In this document: positions 43,313-51,500 of the stretch, in pieces
Position numbering within the stretch: position 1 is the stretch's first letter
Layout: every line of letters begins with the position of its first letter
Virus record (IMG/VR): IMGVR_UViG_3300042402_004628
Location: 6,831-70,830 of that record
Length of the DNA: 64,000 bases
Reading direction: 5' to 3' (one strand)
DNA from: a virus
Made by a program: the position numbers and the translations under genes
Notes under the pieces: generated by a model
Databases searched by the model: none
What the model saw: the letters and a program-made list of their open reading frames with translations, nothing else
What the model was told of the DNA's origin: nothing

Positions 43313-44056
43313 ATGTTTAATCTAGGGTACACGTACAAGAAGCCTACCACACTGTTTGGTACGCAGAATGCAAAGACAAAGAAAGGTGAAAAACTGGGGT
43401 ATACAACCTATATCCTGTATATGTCACCAGAAAAACAAAACACGCTTGGCAAGAACATTTGCCCGAAAGCCACAGCAGGCTGTTCGAAGTCATGTCTCTT
43501 CACAGCGGGTCGTGGCAAGTTTAGCAATGTCATGAAAGGTCGTCTGAATAAGACTGAATACTTTCTTCGTGACAAGGTGAACTTCATGGACGATGTTGTT
43601 AAGGAAATTAAAAAGGGTATTAAAAAACATGGTGCGGGTGCAATGTGCGTTCGTCTCAATGGTACCTCTGATATTCCTTACGAGAACATTCCAGTGGGTG
43701 GTTTTAAAAATGTCATGGAAATGTTTCCTGATGTGCAATTTTACGATTACACAAAGATCTATTCAAGGTTGACAAAGCAATTGCCTGCGAACTATCACCT
43801 TACCTTTTCCAGGGCGGAGACAGAGGACAACCAACGCGAAGCGGACAAAGCACTCGCACTTGGTTTCAATGTCGCTGTTGTTTTCGCTGTTAAGGACGAG
43901 ACAGAACTTCCCGCTGAATACAACAATGCAAAGGTTATCAATGGTGACGAGCACGATCTTACTTTCTTACATGGCAATGGTGTTGTCGTGGGGTTGAAAG
44001 CAAAGGGTGAAGCAAAGAAAGATGATACAGGTTTCGTAGTAAGGGGTTGTAACTAA
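43313..44056 (+). CDS. hypothetical protein (248 aa)
   Basis: MFNLGYTYKKPTT...; promoter 43258-43289; terminator 44041-44072. Confidence 0.55.
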   Translation: MFNLGYTYKKPTTLFGTQNAKTKKGEKLGYTTYILYMSPEKQNTLGKNICPKATAGCSKSCLFTAGRGKFSNVMKGRLNKTEYFLRDKVNFMDDVVKEIKKGIKKHGAGAMCVRLNGTSDIPYENIPVGGFKNVMEMFPDVQFYDYTKIYSRLTKQLPANYHLTFSRAETEDNQREADKALALGFNVAVVFAVKDETELPAEYNNAKVINGDEHDLTFLHGNGVVVGLKAKGEAKKDDTGFVVRGCN

Positions 44057-44072
44057 CCCCTTATTTTTTTTT
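44041..44072 (+). terminator. intrinsic terminator
   Basis: AAGGGGTTGTAACTAACCCCTT + T9. Confidence 0.65.
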
Positions 44073-44081
44073 GCATTCAGA

Positions 44082-44113
44082 CTTGCAAGTTAAATTAAAT
44101 TCATATACCTTTG
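44082..44113 (+). promoter_or_regulatory. cassette promoter for start 44118
   Basis: CTTGCAAGTTAAATTAAATTCATATACCTTTG. Confidence 0.55.
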
Positions 44114-44117
44114 TCAT

Positions 44118-44435
44118 ATGAAAGCAAAACAAAACAATTATCCAAAGTTTATCATCCGTTGGAACGGTCGATTCCATAAGGGTCTGATAACCGAAGACTT
44201 CGTCTTCTACTGTAACTACCAGGAAGGAGATGATAACGGCAATGTTGAGATGTATCGCAGGGTTGAATCTAACCCGCATGACAGGGACAACAGCGGGCTA
44301 GAATTGGTATCGAACAATTACTTTGCTAGCGTTGGTCTCTTCGAAGCGCTCGAGGCGGGCGTCTGGGAATACATCTCACCAACCATGAAACTGAATTATA
44401 AACTAGCAAAAGAAGCGGGACAATTCGATGAGTAA
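44118..44435 (+). CDS. hypothetical protein
   Basis: Promoter 44082-44113. Confidence 0.5.
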   Translation: MKAKQNNYPKFIIRWNGRFHKGLITEDFVFYCNYQEGDDNGNVEMYRRVESNPHDRDNSGLELVSNNYFASVGLFEALEAGVWEYISPTMKLNYKLAKEAGQFDE

Positions 44436-44739
44436 GAAAGAAAGAAAAATATACGAGACCTCTGTAATATACAGAGGGTACCAGACATTTAAACTGTGCT
44501 GGGCCACCTCATATGCTGAAGCTGCCAGGATCTTGGATGTGGCCCCTAGTTACCTTAAGAATTACGGCCTGTCTTATAAACGCGATCGGGATTTTGACTT
44601 CGAGGGTTGTTATGGGTATATCGATTCAGGTGAGATCATCTTTGGTGAACCAGGACGACCTGATCTGATGAGAAAACTTATGCCATGGGCGGAGTTGACG
44701 GAGATCGTTGATACTTATATTAAAGAGAAATACGAATGA
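44428..44739 (+). CDS. hypothetical protein
   Basis: Overlapping start/stop chain; elevated GC. Confidence 0.45.
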   Translation: MSKKERKIYETSVIYRGYQTFKLCWATSYAEAARILDVAPSYLKNYGLSYKRDRDFDFEGCYGYIDSGEIIFGEPGRPDLMRKLMPWAELTEIVDTYIKEKYE

Positions 44740-45101
44740 GACCAGAATTCAAGATATACAGGAATCTACACAGAGACTGTTTCAGTGTGATGAGATGGAA
44801 CCAGGAGAAGAGAGGGTACCGTCTGTATCAGCATGTCAAGGATCTAGAAGCTTACGGCGTAACGTTCAGGGTATCTCAGGCTGGACGGGCCAGGGTTCTG
44901 GAGACGAAGCAAAAGAATGTACATGCATTCGTATGCTGCCAAGAATTCAAGCTTGCTTCTGGGGCCGCGAACCTGGGTGAGGAGATCTACTACAATCCAT
45001 ACAAGATGGAAACGTTCAGGATCAAGAGCTCGGACGAATCGATTCTGAATGCAGATTCGGTTATCATGACGAATAATAAATGTTATTTAAATGTGATCTG
45101 A
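44736..45101 (+). CDS. hypothetical protein
   Basis: ATGA overlap. Confidence 0.45.
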   Translation: MRPEFKIYRNLHRDCFSVMRWNQEKRGYRLYQHVKDLEAYGVTFRVSQAGRARVLETKQKNVHAFVCCQEFKLASGAANLGEEIYYNPYKMETFRIKSSDESILNADSVIMTNNKCYLNVI

Positions 45102-45105
45102 ATTC

Positions 45106-45657
45106 ATGGGCGGAGATGAGAGAAGCGCGATAGAAGTGATCGCTGAATTCACGTCACCATTTGAGGATTCACTTAACGTGTTAATCCTAGGTGATCATAT
45201 AGATGATCTTGAGGCTGCTGAAGTAAAGGCGGCGTTCGATCGAACCAGGAATGAATTCCTGAGTCTGCCATCGGTGGACGAGGAGAAGATGGCCCCGATC
45301 AAATATATTAAAATTAATACATCCGAATTTTTCAGGGGGAAGATCAGTAATAAAATTAAGAAGGAACCCTGTGTTGTATATCTGGATCACGAGCTCAGCA
45401 AAAATGCTTTGAACATCCTCACCAATAATAACAGTGAGGTGGATGATCTGGAGGAAATGCTTCTGGAGAAATATCTTTTCGGGATCAACCAGGAAAAATT
45501 TATTCTGGATCTCACCAGCTGTCTGGATGAAAGGATCGAACTTCTCATGAGTGCCATGGACGCCAGAGCTGGGGAATTCAATTATGTTCTGGTGGAAAAG
45601 TATCTGGCGATCTGGATATATGCGCTTGACGAATTCGCCCCATTTCAGTTCGATTAA
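45106..45657 (+). CDS. hypothetical acidic protein
   Basis: 183 aa. Confidence 0.45.
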   Translation: MGGDERSAIEVIAEFTSPFEDSLNVLILGDHIDDLEAAEVKAAFDRTRNEFLSLPSVDEEKMAPIKYIKINTSEFFRGKISNKIKKEPCVVYLDHELSKNALNILTNNNSEVDDLEEMLLEKYLFGINQEKFILDLTSCLDERIELLMSAMDARAGEFNYVLVEKYLAIWIYALDEFAPFQFD

Positions 45658-45684
45658 AAAAAAGATAAAAAAAGTTTCAAAAAA

Positions 45685-45716
45685 ACTTGCATAATAAAAA
45701 AAGTTGTATTACATTT
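45685..45716 (+). promoter_or_regulatory. cassette promoter with no ORF downstream; leads into an inverted repeat and the GAATTCA repeat array
   Basis: CTTGCATAATAAAAAAAGTTGTATTACATTTG. Confidence 0.5.
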
Positions 45717-45735
45717 GTAGTCCTTAAGAGTTCAG

Positions 45736-45794
45736 GCCTGGGAGGCAACCCTTTCTCTCTGTTTTGTTTTTGATTTCAAAAAGTCCTCCCAGGT
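45736..45794 (+). other. long-range inverted repeat (CCTGGGAGG ... CCTCCCAGG) downstream of the ORF-less promoter
   Basis: 9-bp arms about 40 nt apart. Confidence 0.5.
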
Positions 45795-45803
45795 TCTGTT
45801 CTC

Positions 45804-45942
45804 GAATTCAAGTTTAAGTTTCTACTAGAATTCAACCCCGTATAATTTTTAGAATTCATATTGCTGGATCTTCCAGAATTCATATCCGTAACTTTTTTAG
45901 AATTCATATATAAATAAAAAAGGTGAACCCTTTTAGAATTCA
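45804..45942. repeat. array of six (T)AGAATTCA repeats (iteron-like), the first three on a 24-bp register
   Basis: GAATTCA at about 45804, 45828, 45852, 45886, 45900, 45936. Confidence 0.65.
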
Positions 45943-45957
45943 CCTTTCAGTTTTTTT
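45920..45957 (+). terminator. hairpin + T-run closing the ORF-less transcript from promoter 45685
   Basis: GGTGAACCCTTTTAGAATTCACC ... T7. Confidence 0.5.
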
Positions 45958-45967
45958 ATGTATTCAC

Positions 45968-46225
45968 TTATTCGTCATCCGCTTCTTTCTTGCGTCTGGT
46001 CTTTCTGGTTGGTAAACCTCTTTTCTCACGTATCCTGTCCCTGAGTTCCATCACCTTCAGGATGGCTGTGATCACCGCGATGAAAAGACCGAGGATCACA
46101 CCGATCAATTGTAGGAGATCTGTTGCACTCATGGTGATTGATAACATTGATGATAATATTCCGTATTCAGGTTTTTTAGTTAGTGTATCCGTTAATTGGG
46201 TGATGAGTGTGTCCTTCATTTTCAA
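45968..46225 (-). CDS. holin-like small membrane protein (one TM plus a highly charged C-terminus)
   Basis: 'LLQLIGVILGLFIAVITAILKV' then RDRIREKRGLPTRKTRRKKEADDE. Confidence 0.4.
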   Translation of the reverse strand: MKMKDTLITQLTDTLTKKPEYGILSSMLSITMSATDLLQLIGVILGLFIAVITAILKVMELRDRIREKRGLPTRKTRRKKEADDE

Positions 46226-46321
46226 TACTGTTTTTGTTTATTTTTTTGTATACAAATAAATAGTATGAATGAATAGAAAACGCCCGTTGTTAACTCGAAT
46301 ACATTATTTTTTTTTAAAAAA

Positions 46322-46353
46322 ATTTGCACATTAAATTTTAATGTGTTATCTTT
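46322..46353 (+). promoter_or_regulatory. cassette promoter for start 46371
   Basis: Consensus. Confidence 0.6.
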
Positions 46354-46370
46354 GATTAAATTAAAATAAT

Positions 46371-46664
46371 ATGAATGCAATAAATACAGCCTATACATTG
46401 GGTTTGGTCGCCATGTATTTTATCATGGGCGGAGAATTCACATTCTGGGTGTTCATGACCTCGGTCTTGATCGCACTGATTCCACTGACAACTTCGAACC
46501 TGTTATTCGCGACCCCGATCGTGGTTCTGATCTGGTGTTTCTTTTTCACCAGCAGTACAGTTTACGATTCCGACTTCGCGTGGTTATGCATCCTGTATGC
46601 ACCCTTCCATTACACCTCATTCATATCCCATGTCATAGACGCCATCGAGGGCATTTTCGATTAA
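46371..46664 (+). CDS. multi-pass membrane protein
   Basis: Three hydrophobic helices; promoter 46322-46353. Confidence 0.5.
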   Translation: MNAINTAYTLGLVAMYFIMGGEFTFWVFMTSVLIALIPLTTSNLLFATPIVVLIWCFFFTSSTVYDSDFAWLCILYAPFHYTSFISHVIDAIEGIFD

Positions 46665-46742
46665 ATTTACGCCGTTTTTTTAATAATTTAAAAAAAATAT
46701 ATCGAAAACTGTCGAGGGGCTCAAATTTTTTTCACTTGTTCC

Positions 46743-46792
46743 TGGGTGGGAAATGGGATTTTGTGGGGGTAAGTGGGGGATTGTGGGAAATA
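46743..46792. repeat. G-run repeats (GTGGGAAAT / GTGGGGG) in the 280-bp non-coding spacer at the convergent C/D junction
   Basis: GGGTGGGAAATGGGATTTTGTGGGGGTAAGTGGGGGATTGTGGGAAAT. Confidence 0.6.
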
Positions 46793-46941
46793 GTGTAAGT
46801 AACTGATTATCAGGTAATTCAGTGACTGTCAGTGAGTTATCTGAATGCACTCATTTTCAGTCAGTTGCGGGTATGTGTGTTTCTCGGCAGAATTCACATG
46901 GGATCCTGGGCAATATAATGTAAAATGAATGCATTTTAAGG

Positions 46942-47238
46942 CTATTTAAGCGCACTTCGTGCTGCTGTGGTAGCCTCTATCATTTTATTGTATTCAATCC
47001 ACTGAAGGTATGTTTTCTCCTCGAATACTCTGGTGTATTTATTACAGTTTTTCACTCCGTACTTCCATACAACCTTCATGATATTTTCATCCTCAGCCAG
47101 AGAGCTGTACCATGTGAGTATTCTTTTTTTACCCTTCATGTATACAAACTCATCTCCTTCTTTCAGACTGTGAATTCCATTCTCAAGCTCCTGAAGAATG
47201 AATACACCTTTCATATGATTCACTCTTATTGTATTCAC
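46942..47238 (-). CDS. hypothetical protein
   Basis: ORF track 98 aa. Confidence 0.45.
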   Translation of the reverse strand: MNTIRVNHMKGVFILQELENGIHSLKEGDEFVYMKGKKRILTWYSSLAEDENIMKVVWKYGVKNCNKYTRVFEEKTYLQWIEYNKMIEATTAARSALK

Positions 47239-47465
47239 TTCTTCTGTACGATATCAATATATTCTTTTAATCTATTCGCAGCCCTCTGACTCGGTTTTCC
47301 ATTCTCAACCGTGAACAAATACTTCTCAAAGAAATACCTCAGCGCTTCCACGTCCGATAGTTTTGCATCTGGCAATGTTTCCTTGTTCGATTCCTTACAT
47401 TCTCCTGTGCAAGATTCCCCACAACTGTAAAGACATCCTTGCGTTCCTGAATAACCTATACCCAT
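47235..47465 (-). CDS. small Cys-rich protein
   Basis: GTQGCLYSCGESCTGEC. Confidence 0.45.
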   Translation of the reverse strand: MGIGYSGTQGCLYSCGESCTGECKESNKETLPDAKLSDVEALRYFFEKYLFTVENGKPSQRAANRLKEYIDIVQKK

Positions 47466-47605
47466 ATCTTATTATTTTACATTGGATGTATTTCATTTAT
47501 TATAGCTTTAACAAGTAATCCATAAGTTATAATTAATGATATAACTATAATTATCTCAAATAGATTTTGCCACTTTTTTGGTGTTTTTCTTACCCACATA
47601 ATTTT

Positions 47606-47884
47606 TTAATATTCGGTTATTGTATAATTGTTGCAGACGATGCGTTTAATTCCAAATCCATCCTTAAAGGTAATGCACCCGCTCTTTTCATCCCTGGTAT
47701 ATTCTCTGGTGAAATATGTCTCCATGGTTTGAAAATTGTTCACGCTTACCTGATACAAGGTTTCGTTTGACTTGACCCCCTTGTAAATAAAATATGCTCT
47801 GGAGCCCACCAAAGCAATCACGGCGATGATCGTGAATACCATAATCATCTTAATCAACGAATGTGTTCTGTCGTATGTTCTCAT
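47606..47884 (-). CDS. membrane-anchored small protein
   Basis: N-terminal TM. Confidence 0.45.
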   Translation of the reverse strand: MRTYDRTHSLIKMIMVFTIIAVIALVGSRAYFIYKGVKSNETLYQVSVNNFQTMETYFTREYTRDEKSGCITFKDGFGIKRIVCNNYTITEY

Positions 47885-47901
47885 TGTTTTTATTTATTTT
47901 T

Positions 47902-48198
47902 TTAATCCATTGGAATCTCAAGAACTCTCCCCCCAGAAATATCAACCCAGGTTTTGCATACAATCAGATCCAATCCAATCATATAACCCCTGACATGATT
48001 ATCTTTGCTGAACACCTTCTTCGCCACCCATGGGCCAGTTGGTTTTCCAACCGCAAGATATGGTTTTACCCAGATACCCAGTTCATATTCCTTTCTGAGT
48101 TTCCATACGGTGTAATTATCCATACCCTTGTTCTTCTCCCACCTGTGTCTCAACACAAAGGTCATTCTAAACCACTTTGTTCTTATTCTTCCAATCAT
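47902..48198 (-). CDS. hypothetical protein
   Basis: ORF track. Confidence 0.4.
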   Translation of the reverse strand: MIGRIRTKWFRMTFVLRHRWEKNKGMDNYTVWKLRKEYELGIWVKPYLAVGKPTGPWVAKKVFSKDNHVRGYMIGLDLIVCKTWVDISGGRVLEIPMD

Positions 48199-48201
48199 CC
48201 T

Positions 48202-48450
48202 TTATTGTTTCATTCCATACACACCCATCACCAACAACATCAAGATCAACCCAGCCGTCACCAACATTGATAATACGGATATCTTCTCGCTATCCTCAAC
48301 TTGTTGTGGTGTTCTTCCTTGGTACTCCACGGTGTTATCCTTTGGTTTATTATTGTCAACCAGACTGCGAACCTTTTCACCCAATTCGGAATCATTTGGT
48401 GTCTCCCACACCATCTCCGTTAATTTCTTCATTAATTCTTGATTATCCAT
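48202..48450 (-). CDS. small protein with C-terminal TM
   Basis: ...LSMLVTAGLILMLLVMGVYG. Confidence 0.45.
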   Translation of the reverse strand: MDNQELMKKLTEMVWETPNDSELGEKVRSLVDNNKPKDNTVEYQGRTPQQVEDSEKISVLSMLVTAGLILMLLVMGVYGMKQ

Positions 48451-48456
48451 GTGTTT

Positions 48457-48687
48457 TTATTTTTTATCTATTTTAATATTTTGACTGAAATAATATTTTC
48501 CGCAAGTATCAATAAACTCATCTCTGTATGGCAAACCAACCTTAACCCATTGAACCACCATGTATTCGCATTGGTTGTCACCAATATCTTTGATTCCAAC
48601 AACCTCCCACGGTTTATTCGGGTCTGGTTGCGAACAGGAAACCAAGAACAAAATTAATAACGATGCAAATTTTTTTGTCATAACCAA
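48457..48687 (-). CDS. lipoprotein
   Basis: MVMTKKFASLLILFLVSCSQPD. Confidence 0.5.
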   Translation of the reverse strand: MVMTKKFASLLILFLVSCSQPDPNKPWEVVGIKDIGDNQCEYMVVQWVKVGLPYRDEFIDTCGKYYFSQNIKIDKK

Positions 48688-48691
48688 ATTT

Positions 48692-48961
48692 TTATTGTTT
48701 TACTTTTACCATATGATCGTTGAAACTATCCACATCCACAAACTCCCGCTCAAGATATTCAATCACCTCACGCATTGCCTTGGCATCATTGTCAGAACTC
48801 TTTATTGTCAGAGCGACTGCACCAGCCAGAATCATTCTTATCTCATGAAGAGTTAATTCATCCTGTTCTTTGGGTTGTACAATATTAAAATAAGACATCC
48901 CATCCCTTCGTGTCATCTGAACAACAACCGTCCGTGTCGTTTCATCGAATTTACTGTCCAT
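48692..48961 (-). CDS. hypothetical protein
   Basis: ORF track. Confidence 0.45.
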   Translation of the reverse strand: MDSKFDETTRTVVVQMTRRDGMSYFNIVQPKEQDELTLHEIRMILAGAVALTIKSSDNDAKAMREVIEYLEREFVDVDSFNDHMVKVKQ

Positions 48962-48964
48962 GTT

Positions 48965-49135
48965 TTATTTATTGTTCAAACGTTTTTGCTTCTCGTAATA
49001 AATCGAATCGTGCTTTCCTTTCCAAGCCACCCATTGCACATCACCCCTCTTTATATCCCTGTGCGTTTTCCTCGCACCAAGATAACTCAACCCCACGATG
49101 AAACCAATTCCAATTTTAAACCATAGCGCTGCCAT
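48965..49135 (-). CDS. small membrane protein
   Basis: MAALWFKIGIGFIVGLSYLG...; start corrected to avoid the upstream lipoprotein gene. Confidence 0.4.
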   Translation of the reverse strand: MAALWFKIGIGFIVGLSYLGARKTHRDIKRGDVQWVAWKGKHDSIYYEKQKRLNNK

Positions 49136-49137
49136 AA

Positions 49138-49365
49138 TTATTTCCTTAAATGTTCTGGGTGAATGGGATTCTTGCAATTACCCTTATGTTCAAAGATCGC
49201 CCCCCTATCATAATCAGCAAAGAAATATTCACAACCCTCAATCTCAACAATGTTTAATTTGGAATGTCCGTTGTTGATCACAATGTTTGTTTGTCTCTTC
49301 TCAACCGTTGATTGTGTGCAAGAAACCAATCCGATTAAAATCACCGCAATTAATATCTTTCTCAT
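49138..49365 (-). CDS. lipoprotein
   Basis: MRKILIAVILIGLVSCTQS. Confidence 0.5.
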   Translation of the reverse strand: MRKILIAVILIGLVSCTQSTVEKRQTNIVINNGHSKLNIVEIEGCEYFFADYDRGAIFEHKGNCKNPIHPEHLRK

Positions 49366-50222
49366 GCTGTTTCCCTTTCCGCATTAAGAGACTTCAATTT
49401 CAATCCTGGTGTGGACAACCATTTGATGATTTCCTCAGCGGTGTACCAACCAAAGTTATCATCATCGTCAGAGTAGTTCACCCAAAACATAATATCATAC
49501 TCCGTGTTCGCTTTTCTCTTCTTCTCTTCCCTCGCAACAGCATCCTTATAATCAATCCACCTCGGTGAACAAGCCATAAAATACTTATTACCTTTGTAAC
49601 CACTGTTACGTCTTGTCTCCTCCTTCAACTTGGTGACGCCAATCTCTTTCTCATACTCAATGAGATCATATGCTTCCTTATCCACGTTGTACATCTCATC
49701 CAATACGTCTTGTGGCAACTTATCCAGAATGAGAACGGACAATGATGAATTTGAGAACGCTGGCACCTCAGACTTTAGAAATGTGATGGCGATGTTCTTA
49801 TTCTTGAACGCCTCATACAACTCCCTCATCTTAGGGAAATCTTCCTTGTTCTTGCTAGCGATACAAAAGTCACCCTCGTCCCAAGCGCACTCAAGGTCGT
49901 TGTAAACATTCTTAATGTCATAGCCCAAAAGATCCTTGGCCTTATACTTCTCCTTCAACCCATATGGTCTTTCAGATGTCAACACACAAAGGTCTTTATC
50001 TTCTTTGAACAGAACCTCACCGATTGTCATTCTTCGGTTATCAATCCCAAGCAATGGTTTCTTAATCCCCAAGATGTTTGTCTTGTCGGACTTCAATCCA
50101 AACTTGTTTTTGATTCCCCTGATTCCCCATTCGTGTTCCGATGTGAAATCCCAACCGAGTGATACCCCATAAAAGTTATCACCCTCAACGATGAACGATA
50201 CGTTTTGATATGCTCTTCTCAT
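49362..50222 (-). CDS. hypothetical protein (286 aa)
   Basis: ORF track; first large gene of module D behind promoter 50407-50438. Confidence 0.55.
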   Translation of the reverse strand: MRRAYQNVSFIVEGDNFYGVSLGWDFTSEHEWGIRGIKNKFGLKSDKTNILGIKKPLLGIDNRRMTIGEVLFKEDKDLCVLTSERPYGLKEKYKAKDLLGYDIKNVYNDLECAWDEGDFCIASKNKEDFPKMRELYEAFKNKNIAITFLKSEVPAFSNSSLSVLILDKLPQDVLDEMYNVDKEAYDLIEYEKEIGVTKLKEETRRNSGYKGNKYFMACSPRWIDYKDAVAREEKKRKANTEYDIMFWVNYSDDDDNFGWYTAEEIIKWLSTPGLKLKSLNAERETA

Positions 50223-50228
50223 GATATA

Positions 50229-50402
50229 TTATTTTTTTGTGTATTTTTTTAAATCCTTTGCTGAAATATTCAACTCACAATTTCCGTGTGCTTTCAATGA
50301 AACGAAAATTTCGCCACGCTCGGTTATCCAGACATTGGTTGCCTTGGTTTTCACACCATCGATGTAAAAATCCTTATCCTTTATGTTTGTTGCGTCTCGC
50401 AT
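50229..50402 (-). CDS. candidate 57-aa protein
   Basis: ATG right after cassette-type promoter 50407-50438; MRDATNIKDKDFYIDGVK... Confidence 0.35.
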   Translation of the reverse strand: MRDATNIKDKDFYIDGVKTKATNVWITERGEIFVSLKAHGNCELNISAKDLKKYTKK

Positions 50403-50406
50403 GTCG

Positions 50407-50438
50407 CAAATATATAACAGGAATTTTTAATACGCAAA
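50407..50438 (-). promoter_or_regulatory. cassette-type promoter heading the 46.9-50.4 kb part of module D
   Basis: TTTGCGTATTAAAAATTCCTGTTATATATTTG. Confidence 0.5.
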
Positions 50439-50439
50439 T

Positions 50440-50676
50440 TTATTTCGTTAATTTTATAAAGATTCCAGCTGGCCCATGTGATACATGATAACCACAACAT
50501 CTATTGTCCAAAGTCATACCATACGATTTAAGACGAAATATTATCGCGGACTCAGCCTCACCATAAAAAATAGCGTGAACCGTGCTATCAGCGTAATCAA
50601 TTGAAACGCCAATTATTTTATTTATTGCCCAAGATGGGTTTATGTCCAACTCTTCAACTGGTATGTGTACTAACAT
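50440..50676 (-). CDS. hypothetical small protein
   Basis: ORF track. Confidence 0.4.
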   Translation of the reverse strand: MLVHIPVEELDINPSWAINKIIGVSIDYADSTVHAIFYGEAESAIIFRLKSYGMTLDNRCCGYHVSHGPAGIFIKLTK

Positions 50677-51500
50677 TGTATTCTTTTTAATACGTCTAAT
50701 ATTCTTGAGTATGCTTCAACACCAACTGGTATCGACATTAATGAGACCAAAAAGTTACTGATGTATGAGTACATTGCGATGATATCCCCTTGAGATAACT
50801 TGTCAGATGTCTTGATGAAGACAATCAAAGCTGTCACAAGAAATGTATATTTAACCGCATTCACCCAGAACCAATTCTTTCCTTGTAATGTTGAACCGTA
50901 TATCCATAACTTTCTTCTTCTGTTAAAGAAACTTGTTATCTCATCCTTATTGGAACGATTGATAACATCAACTTTTTTCTCATATTGATTGTTCCCAACA
51001 ACAGTTGCTTGTTTTATCTTCTTGTAAAACTTAAACACAATAAACATAATTGGGAACACACAACCCAACACAATGAAACCTGTTATCAAACTTCCCCTCA
51101 TCACAAAAACCAAACTACCCAGAACCGTGACAATAACGGAAATGTAATAATGAACGTAACTCTCGAGAACATCCACAATCTGGTGAGCCATATCTGTCCT
51201 GGCTACCTTAGATGAGTTATCAACATCGGTCTTATGTATAAACTCCATCACGATGTTGTTATATATCTTTGTGTATACCTTTGTGTCATAAACCATTCTC
51301 TTGTATATGAACATGGTTGATCCAGCGTAAACCAGAACCAAACCAATCAACCAATTCCAGTTACCAACCAACAAACCATCAATCGTCTTTCCAAGAAAAT
51401 AGGGTTGCAATAAAAGCAAACCCTCGGCAATTAACATGTAAGTGTATATTAATAATAACTCATACTTATATTGCTTAAATATATTAATCAGATGTTTCAT
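50670..51500 (-). CDS. ABC-exporter-type transmembrane domain protein with no ATPase domain
   Basis: Six-helix layout with 'LLLLQPYFLGKTIDGLL' resembling the ABC_membrane N-terminal helix; no Walker motifs. Confidence 0.45.
   Translation of the reverse strand: MKHLINIFKQYKYELLLIYTYMLIAEGLLLLQPYFLGKTIDGLLVGNWNWLIGLVLVYAGSTMFIYKRMVYDTKVYTKIYNNIVMEFIHKTDVDNSSKVARTDMAHQIVDVLESYVHYYISVIVTVLGSLVFVMRGSLITGFIVLGCVFPIMFIVFKFYKKIKQATVVGNNQYEKKVDVINRSNKDEITSFFNRRRKLWIYGSTLQGKNWFWVNAVKYTFLVTALIVFIKTSDKLSQGDIIAMYSYISNFLVSLMSIPVGVEAYSRILDVLKRIQC

Noticed and set aside
14100-46400. Could the repeated ~35-bp motif be a CRISPR array?
   Set aside because: Spacing is 250-900 bp and irregular. The intervening DNA encodes proteins with terminators. 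The motif matches the Bacteroidetes -33/-7 promoter consensus and occurs in both orientations.
46535-46798. ORF 46535-46798 in the G-run spacer
   Set aside because: Arg/His-rich low-complexity translation of a G-tract repeat region; no promoter.
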